This document shows positions 37,797 through 50,044 of a stretch of 64,000 nucleotides of DNA, piece by piece (positions within the stretch are counted from its first letter, which is position 1; each line of letters begins with the position of its first letter). Made by a program: the position numbers and the translations under genes. This stretch comes from Camelus ferus. Lineage: Eukaryota. The stretch spans positions 2,296,001 through 2,360,000 of the forward strand of contig NC_045696.1 in assembly GCF_009834535.1 (NCBI RefSeq). The letters are read 5' to 3'. The notes beneath the pieces were generated by a model. The model was not told the origin of the DNA. It did not search any database and saw only the letters and a list, made by a program, of their open reading frames with translations.

Positions 37797-39355
37797 CTGG
37801 GAGGAGGGGCGAGAGGGTGGGGCCACTTGCACACAGAAGCTGACAGCACAGGGGTGGGAGACAGGACTTGGAGCATCTCAGACCCCTCCCCCTTCTCTTG
37901 TACCAGGTGGGTGCACACTGTGTGCAGACCTTGCGCACAAACCCCACTCTGCACACTGGCACCCTGCCGAGGGCTGGAAGTCTCCCGGCTGCTCAGCCAC
38001 AAGAACCCATTTTCACTCATCTACGGACTTACACCCATGTTCTGAAAATTTCTGCCTTTCAAAGGCCACCTATTAAGTAATGACTCACTTTCTCATTTCT
38101 GATCAAAGACAACACTGTCCATGGAAAGCCTGGCAGGAAGAGCCAGCATGATGCTATCAGTTCTGCAGGCCCGTGATGGGCGGATGAAGGACGTTCGCTG
38201 GGGGTTTTACAGCGGACCACCACCCACAGCAGACCTCGTGCCAGTCCTGGGGCCTCAGGGCCCTGGGAGCCCCGTGAAGCGGCGGCCCCTGCAGACCCCA
38301 CGGTGCCACAGACACGGAACGCCCTGCCGCCCCTTCGCAAGGAAAACCTCCCTCAACCCTGTGACTCACTTAGCAGCCTCTCCAACCCTCCCCAGGAGGC
38401 TTGAGGAATGAGACATGGAGGAGGAAACATCTCCATGCTCTTGCTGAAGAAAGTGTCAAGTGAACAGCGATTGAAGGGCAGAGGCTGCAGAGCCGAGGAC
38501 GGTGACACAGGGCATGCGGAGGGCAGGGAGGGCCGCAGATGAGGCTCCCTGAGCCCCCACGGAGGCTTGCATCCCCAGACGGACCTTCTACTGACCATCA
38601 GTGACTCGCCTCCCCACCCAGGGCTCCTGCACCATGAGGCCCGGACCAGCGTTTCACCAGGTCCCCACGAGCTCTGTAAACAAAGGCCTCTGCGTCGTAA
38701 CCACTGCCAAGCAGGGGACGCAGACGCGTGGGCAGGGTCAGGGCCATGCCGTGGGGGGGGCCAGGGAGCAGACGCCCAGCTCTGCAGAACCCCCTACTCA
38801 ACTCTGCCAGGAGGGGCAGAAGCAGCCATGGAGAGCCAGGGAAACTGTGTCTGCCCCCCACCCGCACAAACGCACAGCCTGTCCAGAGGGGACACTCAGA
38901 AATGCAGATTCAGAGTCCAGTTCCTGGTTTACATCTGGCTCTAGAGATCCAAGTGGAAAAAAACTTTTTGTTAAAAAGGTAAGTGAGGTAAGAGAATCTG
39001 GGGCTGCTGCTTCTGCCAGGGGGGGCCCAGGATGGCGATGAGTCGGAGAGGAAAGACAAGACCAGCGTTTGATGGAGACACACATCTGGCTGTGTGGCCA
39101 TGGGGACACCTCTCCCAGCTCGATGCTGGCCCTTCCTTCCTTCCTTCTGCAGCGCGAGTAGCCCGGTGTGGGGGGAGGGGAGGGGAGGTGGGGGGAGGAG
39201 GAAGCAGAGGGGAGCAAGCTGCTGAGATGGGCCACTGTGTAACCGCTGATGCAGGGTGTTACGAGCACTGCTGGCTCCCCGGCCCAGGGGTCTGACTGCG
39301 CCCCGGCCCGCCCCATCCAGGGCCCTGCACCCCTGCCCCGGCCTGGCCGCCTCAC

Positions 39356-40047
39356 CAGAGCCTGGATGAGCCTGGCTCCTCTGTGCTCCAAGTTCGACAT
39401 CTCTTTCATCTTCTTCCTCTTTTTCAGGATGGTGGTTTTCTGTGTGGACGGGTTGCAGCATTCAAGTCTGCTAGGCACCCCCTTCTTTTTCTTCGGTTTC
39501 CCGCCCTGGGGTGGGGCGGCAGGGCAGTCCTCTCCATCTGCTGGGCTGGCTGGAGGTCCCTCCCTCCGGGGCAGGGGCCAGGCTAGCGTGGGGGGGACAG
39601 TGCCGTTGACCAGGGGAGCCCCGAGCGTCCGCTTCCTCTTCAGGACTGGGGCGCCACTGGCCAGGGAGGCTCTGGGGGCTGGTCCCTGAACAGGACCGCC
39701 TGGAGGCAAGCCCTCCTCAGGAGACGCTGCCGACCTGGCGCTCTCCACCTGGACCCCCAGCCTCCTCTTCCTTGGTCGTTTCCTCCTGCTGTGTACGGAG
39801 AGCTGCTCTGAGCCACTGCGCTCCTGGGCGCCAGGTGCGGCCACTGCCCCCAGCTCTGCCAGGCTCATCTTCTGGGCGCTTCCCGGCCGGGCCCCTGGCT
39901 CACCACTCCCATTCTGCTCTGGGCACGTGGCCTCACCACCGGCCCCTAAGTGTTCAGGCCGCAGGTGGTTCTTCTTCTTCTTTTTCCTCTTTCTCTTCGG
40001 AATCCCACCTTCACTCTCCTCTTCCTCAGCAGGAAAGAACCTGGCTC
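39356..40047 (-). CDS. RRP1B: RRP1B exon 13 (692 nt; low-complexity region with basic NLS/NoLS-like tracts)
   Basis: ARFFPAEEEESEGGIPKRKRKKKKKNHL...LKKRKKMKEMSNLEHRGARLIQAL within ORF 38798-40222; TAG/GTGAG flanks. Confidence 0.93.
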
Positions 40048-40582
40048 CTAGGAAAACATGTAAACCCATCAACATGCACCCCAGCGCCAAGGCAGCAGGC
40101 CGGGCCTGGCCGGGAACTCTGGGGCAGCGTGAGGGCAGACGCAGCCTCTGCCTCCTGCCGGGAGGCTCTGACCCTCCTCCGCGCACTGGAACCCTACAGG
40201 CTCCCTCATCTGGCCCCCCCACTGTGACTGGAAACCTTCCTAAAGCCTATTTTGATATAAAAGGACCTGAAATAGTCTTCAGATTCCTAGTAATTTCCAG
40301 GCTCAGATCCAGGGCAGTAATAAAACAAATGTCCCGAAGGGCAGTGTTTTTCCAGCACCCTGCACGTCCTCACCCACTGCCCCCAAAGATGCCACCAGGA
40401 GTGAAAAAATGTTTTCAGGTTAGGAAGGCTGGAATGTGGGTCCACAGAAAGTAGCCAACCCCTGGCAAGCCTCATCACGTCTCAGCAGCTCAGAGCGGAG
40501 GCTTCTGCTCCTTGATGATCCGGGAAGATGAGAAGAGACGCCCGCCCCCTGACTGGCTCCCCACACGGACACAGAGGCTCAC

Positions 40583-40714
40583 CTCCCTCTCCTTCCACGC
40601 CCGCTTTCTCCACAGGTTTCTTTCCTTTTTTCTTACACCTTCCTTGACTAAGGGCCTGGTCATCTTTGTCAGCAGATGTGTCCTCAGCAAAACTGAGTTG
40701 AGAGATACTGCCTG
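40583..40714 (-). CDS. RRP1B: RRP1B exon 12 (132 nt; 129 nt if the distal NAGNAG acceptor is used)
   Basis: (A)GSISQLSFAEDTSADKDDQALSQGRCKKKGKKPVEKAGVEGEG; CAGCAG acceptor, GTGAG donor. Confidence 0.92.
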
Positions 40715-41512
40715 CTGGACACCAAAGCATGTGGTCAGCTCTCAGGCCCTTCACAGCTGTGTCCGGGATCACAAGCCCGCCCCCTGCATGCAGGCAGGTT
40801 TTAGCGCTGACTTCCACCACATTGCTGGGCCTCATGGCTTCTCCAACCCAATCCTGAAGGCTGCTGAACAGGAACTATGGACCTAAAGGCCAGTGGCTTC
40901 CTCGTCCGAGGTGGGGACAGACATGCAGACCTTGGGTGGCACCTCTACAGCTCACCCCGGGGGCTCGGCCACGCCATTCCCACCGTCCAGTGAGGTCTGG
41001 GTGCTCTCCGCATTTCAAGCACCCCAGGAGCACAAGGGAGGGTGGGGGAGCAGTGGATTCACCTACTCGGTCACATGTAACCAAGCTTATGGGCAGCAGC
41101 TCCCCAGGGGGACAACTGATCCCAACAGCAAGTGAAAGGGACTCTGAGACATCAACCCTCCTTCTTTGTGAAGGATCACAACGGATCCTTCCCAGGGTGG
41201 AAGGAATCCTCCTGTCAACTCCCTGTCCCCGGAGTTTATCCCCGTCTTGGCACTGGCGGGGAGAGGCCCCGTCTGGCTCAGCCTTGGTCCCGGGGGCAGG
41301 GCGGGGGTGGGTGGCCTGGAGAAGGTGGGACCCCATGTTCTTGCGAGGCTCCCGCTCAGCTGAGCAGCTGGTGGTGGGACTGATGGGCTTTCACTATTTC
41401 TAATGCTTTCAATGAACGTCTTCCAATCCTGTTTGTCAATATTTGGCATAAATGCCCTCAGTGGGGTCCATGCTCACGTAACATCACCAGTTACAGTCCT
41501 GATTTTCCTCAC

Positions 41513-41532
41513 CTTCAGACAGATCTTGGAAT
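41513..41532 (-). CDS. RRP1B: RRP1B exon 11 (20-nt microexon)
   Basis: (K)FQDLSE; strong polypyrimidine tract plus CAG, GTGAG donor; needed to keep the frame between exons 10 and 12. Confidence 0.9.
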
Positions 41533-42619
41533 CTGAAAAAGAGAACAAAGGTGTCCTAAAGAAACCACGTCTTTCTGTCTCCTACAAACACGTGCACTGA
41601 ACTTTTAAAATGCAAGCTGGTATTGGGAGTTTGTTAGTTCACGTTCCTTTCTTCTCGAAGAGCAGGCTGAAGAGGTGGTGTGATGCGAAGGCCACAAATG
41701 AAGGACAAACCCACCCTCAAGTGGCACAGCATCCCTGACGACGTGGTGACGTAGAGTCCGTCTCGGCGCACCCGAATACAACCGAAGAAGCCGAAATTTC
41801 TTTTTATTCCTCAGACTGAAGGAGCTCAGGCCTCTACTTACATTCAGGTCTCCGCTCGCCAAGTGGAGACAAGCCCAGAGTGTCCTGCGCCATACACTGT
41901 GGGATGTCGGAACAAGGGGGGTGCAGGCGGTCTGCGTGGGGAGGTGCGGGGCCCGCAGGGCAGGACGGGGGAGCACACGGGCCTGAGTGCTGCTCCGTGT
42001 CCGGAAGCCGCAACCCCAGGCAGCCCGTTACATTCCCTGTGCGCCACGTGACCCATTTGTAAAATGGAGAAATTACAGACATGAAATAATTCATGTCAAG
42101 TGCTCAGGACGGTGCCTGCTCAGACTGCGGTCAAACTGAGCTGCTACGTGTCACCGGGCACAGCGAGCCCAGGGCTCTGCGGTGAACTGCCCGTCGGTCG
42201 GGATGGCGTGAAGGCCCGCACTTGGGGTGGACACACTGGGGACAGGGGGTAGGACCGAAGGGCTGTCTATGTCAACCCCGTGCCAAGAGACAGCACCGAA
42301 CAGCATGGCCACGCCGCAGCGCCTCAGGTCTGTGGACTGGAGACTGTTGCCCACAGACGCCCTTCCCCCGCCTCACGGACAGCGGAGCCTGCGACTTGAG
42401 CGGCACCTGCAGAGCGGAGCTCGAGGGGCAGGGCCTCGAGGGGCCGTTCGCACGGACTCTTGCAGGTTGCCTGGCGTGAGTCCCGAGACTGTGGGCAGGA
42501 AACACTGAAAGACCAAGAAGACAGGTCCGCACGGCGACAGCCTGTCTCATGCTGAGGGAAGCAGGGGGCTGGCCCTGAACGCGGACCACGACCAGGTGCA
42601 GCCTCCTCCCCGCACTTAC

Positions 42620-42717
42620 TTCCTGATGAGTCTGCAGAGGCGCTTCCTGTTGAAGGGAGGGATGTGCTTCCTGGTGGTGATTCCCAGGAGTCGCTCAGCA
42701 ACGGCCTTGTAGTCAAA
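42620..42717 (-). CDS. RRP1B: RRP1B exon 10 (98 nt)
   Basis: FDYKAVAERLLGITTRKHIPPFNRKRLCRLIR(K); CAG/GTAAGT flanks. Confidence 0.95.
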
Positions 42718-43320
42718 CTGTGCGAGGAGAGAAACCAAAGGCCGGCCCCAGCATGGCGCCACTGCCGGACCTGGGACTTCACACGCCCTGGCGACAGACA
42801 CCCCGCAGCACGGGGTCCTGGACGCCCTCAGCTACAGGCTGGTCTAGCCCGCACGCGCCGAGGCTTGCCAACCCAGGGCCTGAGCGATAGCTTTGGAAAA
42901 GTCCTTCTATTTATTCTTGGGAGAAGCTAGTCTCTATTTGCTCTATTTATTCTTCCCTAAGAGAGAGCTGCGGTAAACGCACCACATAAACTGTACCTGG
43001 GTGTGCTTTTCTGTCAGTTTGCACCTGGTAACACAGTAAACGTTCTTTATTTGAAAACCACCAGCGAGCTGGCTTCGCTGGAGGGACAGGGCAGATCTTA
43101 GCAACTCACGCCAGTAAGGACTGATACCTTTCAAAGCTTCATTCTATTTAAATTTGTCTCCAATAAGCGCATTATAGGAAGTGACATCAGTGACCAAAGG
43201 GATTTAAAAAGAACCTCACACATTAGACCTGGGCCTTACTTAGCTCTGACCCCAGTTCCCAAGTAGCCAGGCGGCCCCACAGCAAACCCGCATCTATGAA
43301 AGGTAACAAGAGCCACCAAC

Positions 43321-43415
43321 CTGGAGGGGCAGCCCGCCGTCCTCCCCGCTTCCTCCACCGGCCGCGGCACCCTCATCGCTGGCTCCCTCTTTTTTGGGGT
43401 GATATTTGCACGGGG
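43321..43415 (-). CDS. RRP1B: RRP1B exon 9 (95 nt)
   Basis: (A)PCKYHPKKEGASDEGAAAGGGSGEDGGLPLQ; TAG acceptor, GTTGGT donor; bridges phase 1 to phase 0 as exons 8 and 10 require. Confidence 0.87.
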
Positions 43416-44863
43416 CTATCAAAACAGCCACAGACACAATTCTTCAAATACACAGCAATGGCTACTCTCAAACGAGCTACTGTCCAATTAAGTGTCTCAG
43501 GGAAAAAAAGAGCATCCGTTTACAGAGAAAACCCTGCAAATACATTTAGAATTTCCCAAAGATGTTTTGGTTTTTCAGCCTCTAGACATTAAAAAAAAAA
43601 ACCTGAGAGAAATTGCACATGTTGCCTCTTGATTACCCCAGACCAAACCCCTGCCGTGGAGTGCAGCAGAGGTGGTCGGGGGAACTCCCGGGTTAGGGGC
43701 TCGGCCAGTGGTTTCAGTGGGTCTGGGCCGCGGTGAGCGCTGTGCAGCAGTGCACTGACACCGCGTGGCCGCCTCGGGAAACACAACAAGCTGATTTTAA
43801 CATGAAAATAATTCAAACATTAAAACACAGCCACTAATGAAATCTCTCAGCTTCTTCAAGGTGTACTGTTTCTGGAATCTATCAGCCCCTCAGCAGTGTG
43901 GCCTCAGGGCAGGGCGTGGAGGAGACAGAGGGCCCCCTGCGAGCACCTGGCAGACGACACCAGGAGAGGGTCTCCAGAGGCGCCCGTGGAAAGTGGGGAT
44001 GCCTCCAGCTTAGACAGAGACAACGCAGAATCTGCTCAGGGCCAGTTAGTTAATTCTGTCCCCACGTTGAATTTAAAATTAGAACATTTCTTCTTTTCTT
44101 TTTTAAAGGTTTGTTTTTTTCCTGACTAAAAATATATGATCATTGTAGAAAACTTAGAAAAGTACAAAGATAATAGAAACCACCCACAGTTTTGCCACAC
44201 GGGGCTCACCATCACCATCTTGGTACACATCCTTCCAGACACATACACACCATGTCTAAACATAAATGTTTAAAACAAATCAGGCACCTTCTACAGAGAT
44301 TTGTGTCCTGCTTTAAAAATTTTTTAAAAATTAAATTTTCGCTGGCTGTTACTTTGTGAAAACTAATGCAAGCCCCACACAATCCCCGTGGGTGTGAAAG
44401 GGTGCTGAGAACGTCTGTCCGCAGCGGGAGTTACACACCCACAGGAAAGAAAAAGAGCCCCAGGAACTCGGGGATCAGAAAGGAGAGCTCCGGAAGCACG
44501 TGAGCGCTCCCCACCGGAACTGTAAATCGGCTCTCCGGCACGGGCCCTCTTACAGACACGAGTCCACATCGCACCAGCAAAGCTGAAACAGAGAAACCAC
44601 AAAAACCCCAGAGCAACGACAACGGAAGTAAAACCCTCAAAGAAAGTGCTGCGACACTGGGAGATACAGAAATGTGCGCGGGCCCTGGTTGGGACCAGGC
44701 CTTGAGCAACCACTCCCCTGCTTCCTCTCTCGGGTGGGGCCCAGGCAGAGCCACCTCTGATGGATTCTAGGGTGTGGCCAGTGAGACCCCAACACATGCA
44801 TTAAAAAGGGTCGGTTTGACAAGAACTTCACCTAAAAAAGACCACTCAAGGAACTCCTCTCAC

Positions 44864-45045
44864 CTCTTCTCTTTTTACTGATGGGTTTTCTCCACGTCGC
44901 CTCATTTTCAGGTATCTCTTCCTCAGAGAGGCCACCATCACTGCCTTTAGGTTTCTGGCCCTCCACTGCCTCTCCAGGCACAGGAGGAGACTGCTCTACG
45001 ATGACGTGGAGAACAGCCCGGGCTATGGTCTGCGCCAGCGCGCGG
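44864..45045 (-). CDS. RRP1B: RRP1B exon 8 (182 nt)
   Basis: RALAQTIARAVLHVIVEQSPPVPGEAVEGQKPKGSDGGLSEEEIPENEATWRKPISKKRR; CAG/GTGAG flanks; phase consistent. Confidence 0.92.
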
Positions 45046-45384
45046 CTGGGGGCGGGAGCACAGCGTGCGCGTGGTCAGACAGCCAGCCTGGGCTCCGACC
45101 CCCACAGGACCGGAGGGTGAGAAGCTGGGGGGGGGGGCCCTGCACGGCCAGTCTCAGCCCACCCAATGCCGAAGTGATCAGCGTACTCCCCACCAACCGA
45201 CTGCAGCCACGAGGAGCCAGCTGACTACCTGTGATGCAGCGGGGGGAGGGATGGCAGACCGAGCTCTGGGCGTGGGGGTCGGGTTGTGACTCCCGGAATG
45301 ACTGGGGCCAACCCGCTAGGGAAGTCAAACTCTTGGTTCTTCAAATGCCTTGCTGATGGGAATTAGGAATTCAGTTGTTTTTTT

Positions 45385-45473
45385 GGGGTGTGGGTACAGC
45401 TCAGTGGTAGAGTGCATGCTTAGCATGCATGAGGTCCTGGGTTCAACTTCCAGTACCACCATTAAAAAAAAAG
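45385..45473 (+). mobile_element. tRNA-derived SINE in RRP1B intron 7 (antisense)
   Basis: CAGCTCAGTGGTAGAG...GAGGTCCTGGGTTCAA plus A tail. Confidence 0.85.
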
Positions 45474-45584
45474 AGCTGTTCTTAGCTTTGGGTAATACTA
45501 GGTACCTTGCATCATGTCCTACCTATAATCTCACCCAATTAAGTGCCAAACGAAGCAGTAAAAACAAACACGTGCATCACTTAC

Positions 45585-45649
45585 TCCTTAGTCTTGGCGG
45601 CGATTTTGCAGAATGGATCAATAAACTTGAGATTTTGATCTGCCAAGAG
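45585..45649 (-). CDS. RRP1B: RRP1B exon 7 (65 nt)
   Basis: LLADQNLKFIDPFCKIAAKTK(D); CAG/GTAAGT flanks. Confidence 0.95.
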
Positions 45650-46277
45650 CTGTAATTTAGAAACAGGAAAGAAAAATATGGGGGCGGGGGAAGAGAGCAG
45701 TTTCTCCTTTCTGATGTGCCCTTGCAAAGGGAACCACCTGCTGTTTTCACAAAAGCTATCAGACCAACACCACTGCACTGCAGCCTGGAGCTAAAGGTCC
45801 TCCACCCACTCAGCGCAGGGGCCAGACGACACTGCACAGCCCAGCCCACACCGCTCTGCTCCATGACCCCGCACATGGCCCTCCTCTGTGGGGCAGATCT
45901 ATATGGATGCTACAGAAACTAAGAGGAAGGAATTAAAAGAATGACATTGCACTTAAATTAAAAACATACACGTTCATTGCAGAGCACCTGTAAGACGCAT
46001 TGTAACTGACTATCCTTCAATTAAAAAAAAAAACTTATGAAAGAAAAAAGTAAACATTGCTTCCAATCCCAAACTCAGATAACCACCCGCAGGCTAAAAA
46101 ACGCGTTTCCTTTCCAGCCTTCGTCTGTTCACACAGGAACATGTGCTTTAAGAAAAGTCACACTATTCCCCAGCTTTGCCTACTGCCTTTTTTCCTTCTG
46201 CTTTTTACAAACTCAGCATCACAAGCAGTTCCTCACGTTACCGAATTCTCTGTGCAGGGCATCTGACCACTTCTTAC

Positions 46278-46407
46278 CTCCTTCCCTCCCACTTTGGATA
46301 GTTCATCCACATAAATGTCAATGAAGTGGAACTTCACTCCGTTAGGAGACTGACTCTCGGGACGCAGGATCTCCTTCATCAAGACGTCCAGAAAAAGCTT
46401 GATTCGG
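46278..46407 (-). CDS. RRP1B: RRP1B exon 6 (130 nt)
   Basis: RIKLFLDVLMKEILRPESQSPNGVKFHFIDIYVDELSKVGGKE; TAG/GTAAG flanks. Confidence 0.96.
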
Positions 46408-46721
46408 CTAAAGGAAACAAGACACATGGTGCCAGTCACTACAGCACCCCCCACAGAAAACAGCAACATTCAGACTCCTTAACAGGCAAGGCGAGGCTGG
46501 AACAGTTCGACAAGGAGAAAGGCAATCCCTGAAACCAGTGTAAAATGCCGACTGCTGGATTCTAAGTTCTTTACGTGGAAGGATGCTCTGCCCTCAATAC
46601 CCAGAGTGGAAAGCACAGATCAGGCAATTCAAACTTGCTGATTAACTGAAAGACTTGGAAAACACACTATCACCTTAAAGGTTTTAGGGCCGCCGACACC
46701 TAACCCAAATAGTTCACCAAC

Positions 46722-46783
46722 CTTTCTTCCCAGCCGTTTCGCTTCAGAACTTCAAAGGACTGCCTCAGAACCAGACGGATCAG
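46722..46783 (-). CDS. RRP1B: RRP1B exon 5 (62 nt)
   Basis: LIRLVLRQSFEVLKRNGWEE(S); TAG acceptor, GTTGGT donor. Confidence 0.94.
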
Positions 46784-47130
46784 CTAGAGACAGACAGCAT
46801 TTGTTACACAGGGGAAAGTGAGAAACACGGCTCAGCTCAGCAGAGTGGGGAGACCAGGGAAGCTCACAGAGCCTGGATCCCAAAAGTGAAAAAATTTCCA
46901 CAATAATCACATTTAACTTCTAAATCAAAAAATGTTAACTAAGGAGGCCGAAACTCATATACCTTTGAGCACATACTCAAATGCGATCTGATGATCACAT
47001 AATAGGTGTCACACCAAGCCTGGAACTTGCTTTGCTTCAAAAATAAGCCTTTCCATTGTTTTTAAGACGCTCAACACTCTTTCCTGCCCCGAGCTCTGAG
47101 GCGAGCTGGGGGCAGGCCCCCGGGGCTCAC

Positions 47131-47216
47131 CATGTAGAACTTGTCCAGGCGCAGCTGGTCAATGCCCTTCCACTCTCGGTTCATGGTTTGCCAAAAGGTC
47201 TGAATGAACAGGTGCT
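47131..47216 (-). CDS. RRP1B: RRP1B exon 4 (86 nt)
   Basis: (Q)[28 protein letters not shown], containing the Nop52-family REW..ID..RLDKF motif; CAG/GTGAG flanks. Confidence 0.96.
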
Positions 47217-48380
47217 CTGCAGTGAACAAAGGGCTCTGAATGCTGGGGTTCAGGTTAACACGTCACCACATAGCAAGAAAGTCAGGAAGAGGAACAAACC
47301 AGGATTATTTATTTACTGTTCTCAAGAGTTCTTGGTCAATAATTAAGTACGCTCAGTAATTTCTGTTCCACTTAAATAAAAGCACATTATCACGACAGGG
47401 AGGCTGGTCATGTTCCACTGCTCGCCTAGAACGCTCCCCGGAGCCTTCTGATTTATCTGTTGCAAAGTCATGTTTCTATCAAAATCAAAAGATTCCCTGA
47501 GCCGCAGCTGCTGGCCCCTTCCCCCCGTCTCTCCTAACAGTCAGCCCAAGGCCGTCAACCCCGATGAACACCTGGGTGACCCACACTCAGCGTCAGCTGG
47601 GGGGCGCTAACAAAACAGTCTGTTTTTCTCTTCTGAGCCATGAAATTAGCACTTTTTCATCCAAAAATAGTTTGTTTTTCTGCTCTATTTCTTCTTGCAT
47701 AACTTTCTTGATATAGGAAAAGCTATTGTAAATTCCACGTGTAGAATTTTGTCCCTTACTAGTCAGCGGGGACCCTGCTAAAATCTAGAGAACCACTGAG
47801 GGTTGATAAGGTCATTAGGATGGTTTTGTTCTGAGAAGTGCTAAGCAAAATAGATGCTTTTTCTTCGTTTGTAAATAGTCAAAGCTTGAAGGAGCTGGAG
47901 ACAATCAGCCTCTCCCTGTTTATTCTTTTTGGTAAATGGGGTCACTTTACAGTTACTACCAGCGACGCCCTCAGACAGCTCTGGTCTTCAGAAGGGTAAC
48001 CTGGCACCTAGAGGCTGCTGCAAACACTGGCATATTCGCACACAGCCTCCAAGAATGTCATGTTAACTCAGAATCTGAGAACTCTGGAGAACTGTTACTT
48101 CTCAAAATGTTTCTTTGAAGACGTCACGTGTGACATTCCACCAGACACCCCCTCCATTCACCTCTCACAGAGGCAGCACCTACATGTAACAGCTTTCCCC
48201 AAAGGACGGGTCTGTCGCCCGACATCACACATGAGCAGCCCAGGCTCACGTGACGCTAGCCCACTGGGAACGGAAACTCTGAAGGAAGGAGAAGCAGCAA
48301 CACTGACTAAATCTCTCAGGCAAGTTACCAAATCTGACGAGCAGGGAGGTTGTGAAAGCCAGGAGAACACCAGGACTTAC

Positions 48381-48438
48381 GGGCCTCTGAGTTGTTAACA
48401 ACATGGATGAGCTGGGAAATAGTGTTCGCTAGCTCCTC
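48381..48438 (-). CDS. RRP1B: RRP1B exon 3 (58 nt)
   Basis: EELANTISQLIHVVNNSEA; CAG acceptor, GTAAGT donor. Confidence 0.95.
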
Positions 48439-49961
48439 CTGCAAAGGCGGGGTTGGGGAGAAACACGGGGGTTATTACGTGATACCAGCAGGGGGAAACA
48501 GCATCACGGCCTGCGCCTCTCCCCACGGGCCGGGGGGTGGGCGTGGGGGTCCTGCACCATCAGTTTTCAATGTCACTTCCTCTAAGAAGTGTGTGCTTGA
48601 GTATCTGGATTTTATCAAGTGTGAAATTCTCAATTTCACTGGACTATCGTGTCAAGTTAAAATGCTTTTGAGACTTGCTCAAGCTGCATGTTTACATAAG
48701 TATCTCTAGTTATGAGTTCAAATGACCTACAGAAGAAATACATTAGCTGTCAACACTTCTTGGCTTTCAGAATATATTCTAACAAATTGAGATTCCATCC
48801 GAATCCCCCAAATAATGGGAACACAGATGCCAGCGAGGGGGAGTCGCCAGAGGGCAGACAGTGGGGACTATCACAGCGTTAAGGCTCCGGGTGTGGACCA
48901 GGACGTCCTGTCCTCGGCTGGCTCAGAGACACACTGCAAAGGCAGGGCGGCAGGACGCAAAGGTTAAGGGCACCCTACTTGCACGCGAAGAGCCCGGCCT
49001 GCTGAGATGCACCGGCCCGCCTGCGGGGAGAACTCCGAGCTGCGGGTCTGTGAAGAAACCTGCCTTGGGGAGGGTCAGCAGAAGAACTCTGCTGGTGACT
49101 CACGTAAGAACTTGGCCTTTACCTAGACTCAGTCTTTCTCACCCATCTTACATGAACTCCCAGACTTGAAAGTGTTCCTGTACATCTGTTTTCTTCCTCC
49201 ACTAAAGCTGTTGGTTGTTACTTTGAATGTAATTTAAAAATATTTTGCTCTGCTATCCTACTCAAAACATGTTCAGTGGAGTAAAGGCAGTTAATCAAAG
49301 CAAGCTATTACATGGCTTAGGGGGAAGGGGTAAAGTTGCACATTAGAACCCAGACAAGTAAAACAGGCTTACCCCTTACTCCTGCAAAGGCAGGCTGGCT
49401 TCTACACACCAGAACAAAGCTCTGTAAAGAGTCTAAAACATTATCCTAACTAGTGTTGGTGGTGGGGCTCACGTACACCTGTGCCAAGCTTCCACTGACC
49501 TGAAGGGTGAGGCCATCAGATCTGGGGCCACTGCTCACCCTGCAGAGTGTAGACCCCAGCAAGGTGGCTGCCCAGCTTCCTGGGCACCCGCAGAAGAGGG
49601 GGCCTGGAGCCCGGGGAGTGCACAGGATCTTAGAATAGAGATATGCTATTTTTGACCACAGATAATAAAAGATGAAACAGAAACATTAAAATAAGTCACG
49701 TAAAACCTACCATGGAAACTATGAAACTGTGACAGAGAAATAATACATCTGATTTACGAGCCTTTTTTGAAAAGACAATTATGCACAGCACTGGGCACAC
49801 TGCGCCTTTCCATTTGGATGAGGGTAAGAAAGTGAATCCTTGAAGCAATGACTTTCAATTTGTTTATGTGCGTCAGGGAGGGATACAGCATAACACAGGC
49901 AAGTCTTGTTCATCCAGTTGTGCCCCCAATCCAGTAAAGTGACAAAGGGAGCTGGTGTTAC

Positions 49962-50044
49962 CTGCAGAAGGGGTTCGTCCTGCACCCACATGCAGTAGAA
50001 GAGCCCTTTCCATATTTTCAGAAGTTCTTCTTGGCTGAAACCCC
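49962..50044 (-). CDS. RRP1B: RRP1B exon 2 (83 nt)
   Basis: GFSQEELLKIWKGLFYCMWVQDEPLLQ; AG/GT flanks; phase consistent. Confidence 0.96.

Noticed and set aside
36177..37962. 269-aa (+) and 281-aa (-) ORFs
   Set aside because: One is antisense and starts in a SINE; the other is an alternate frame over RRP1B exon 14; neither shows a coding signature
38798..40222. 474-aa ORF as a standalone gene
   Set aside because: It is RRP1B exon 13 plus open intronic flanks
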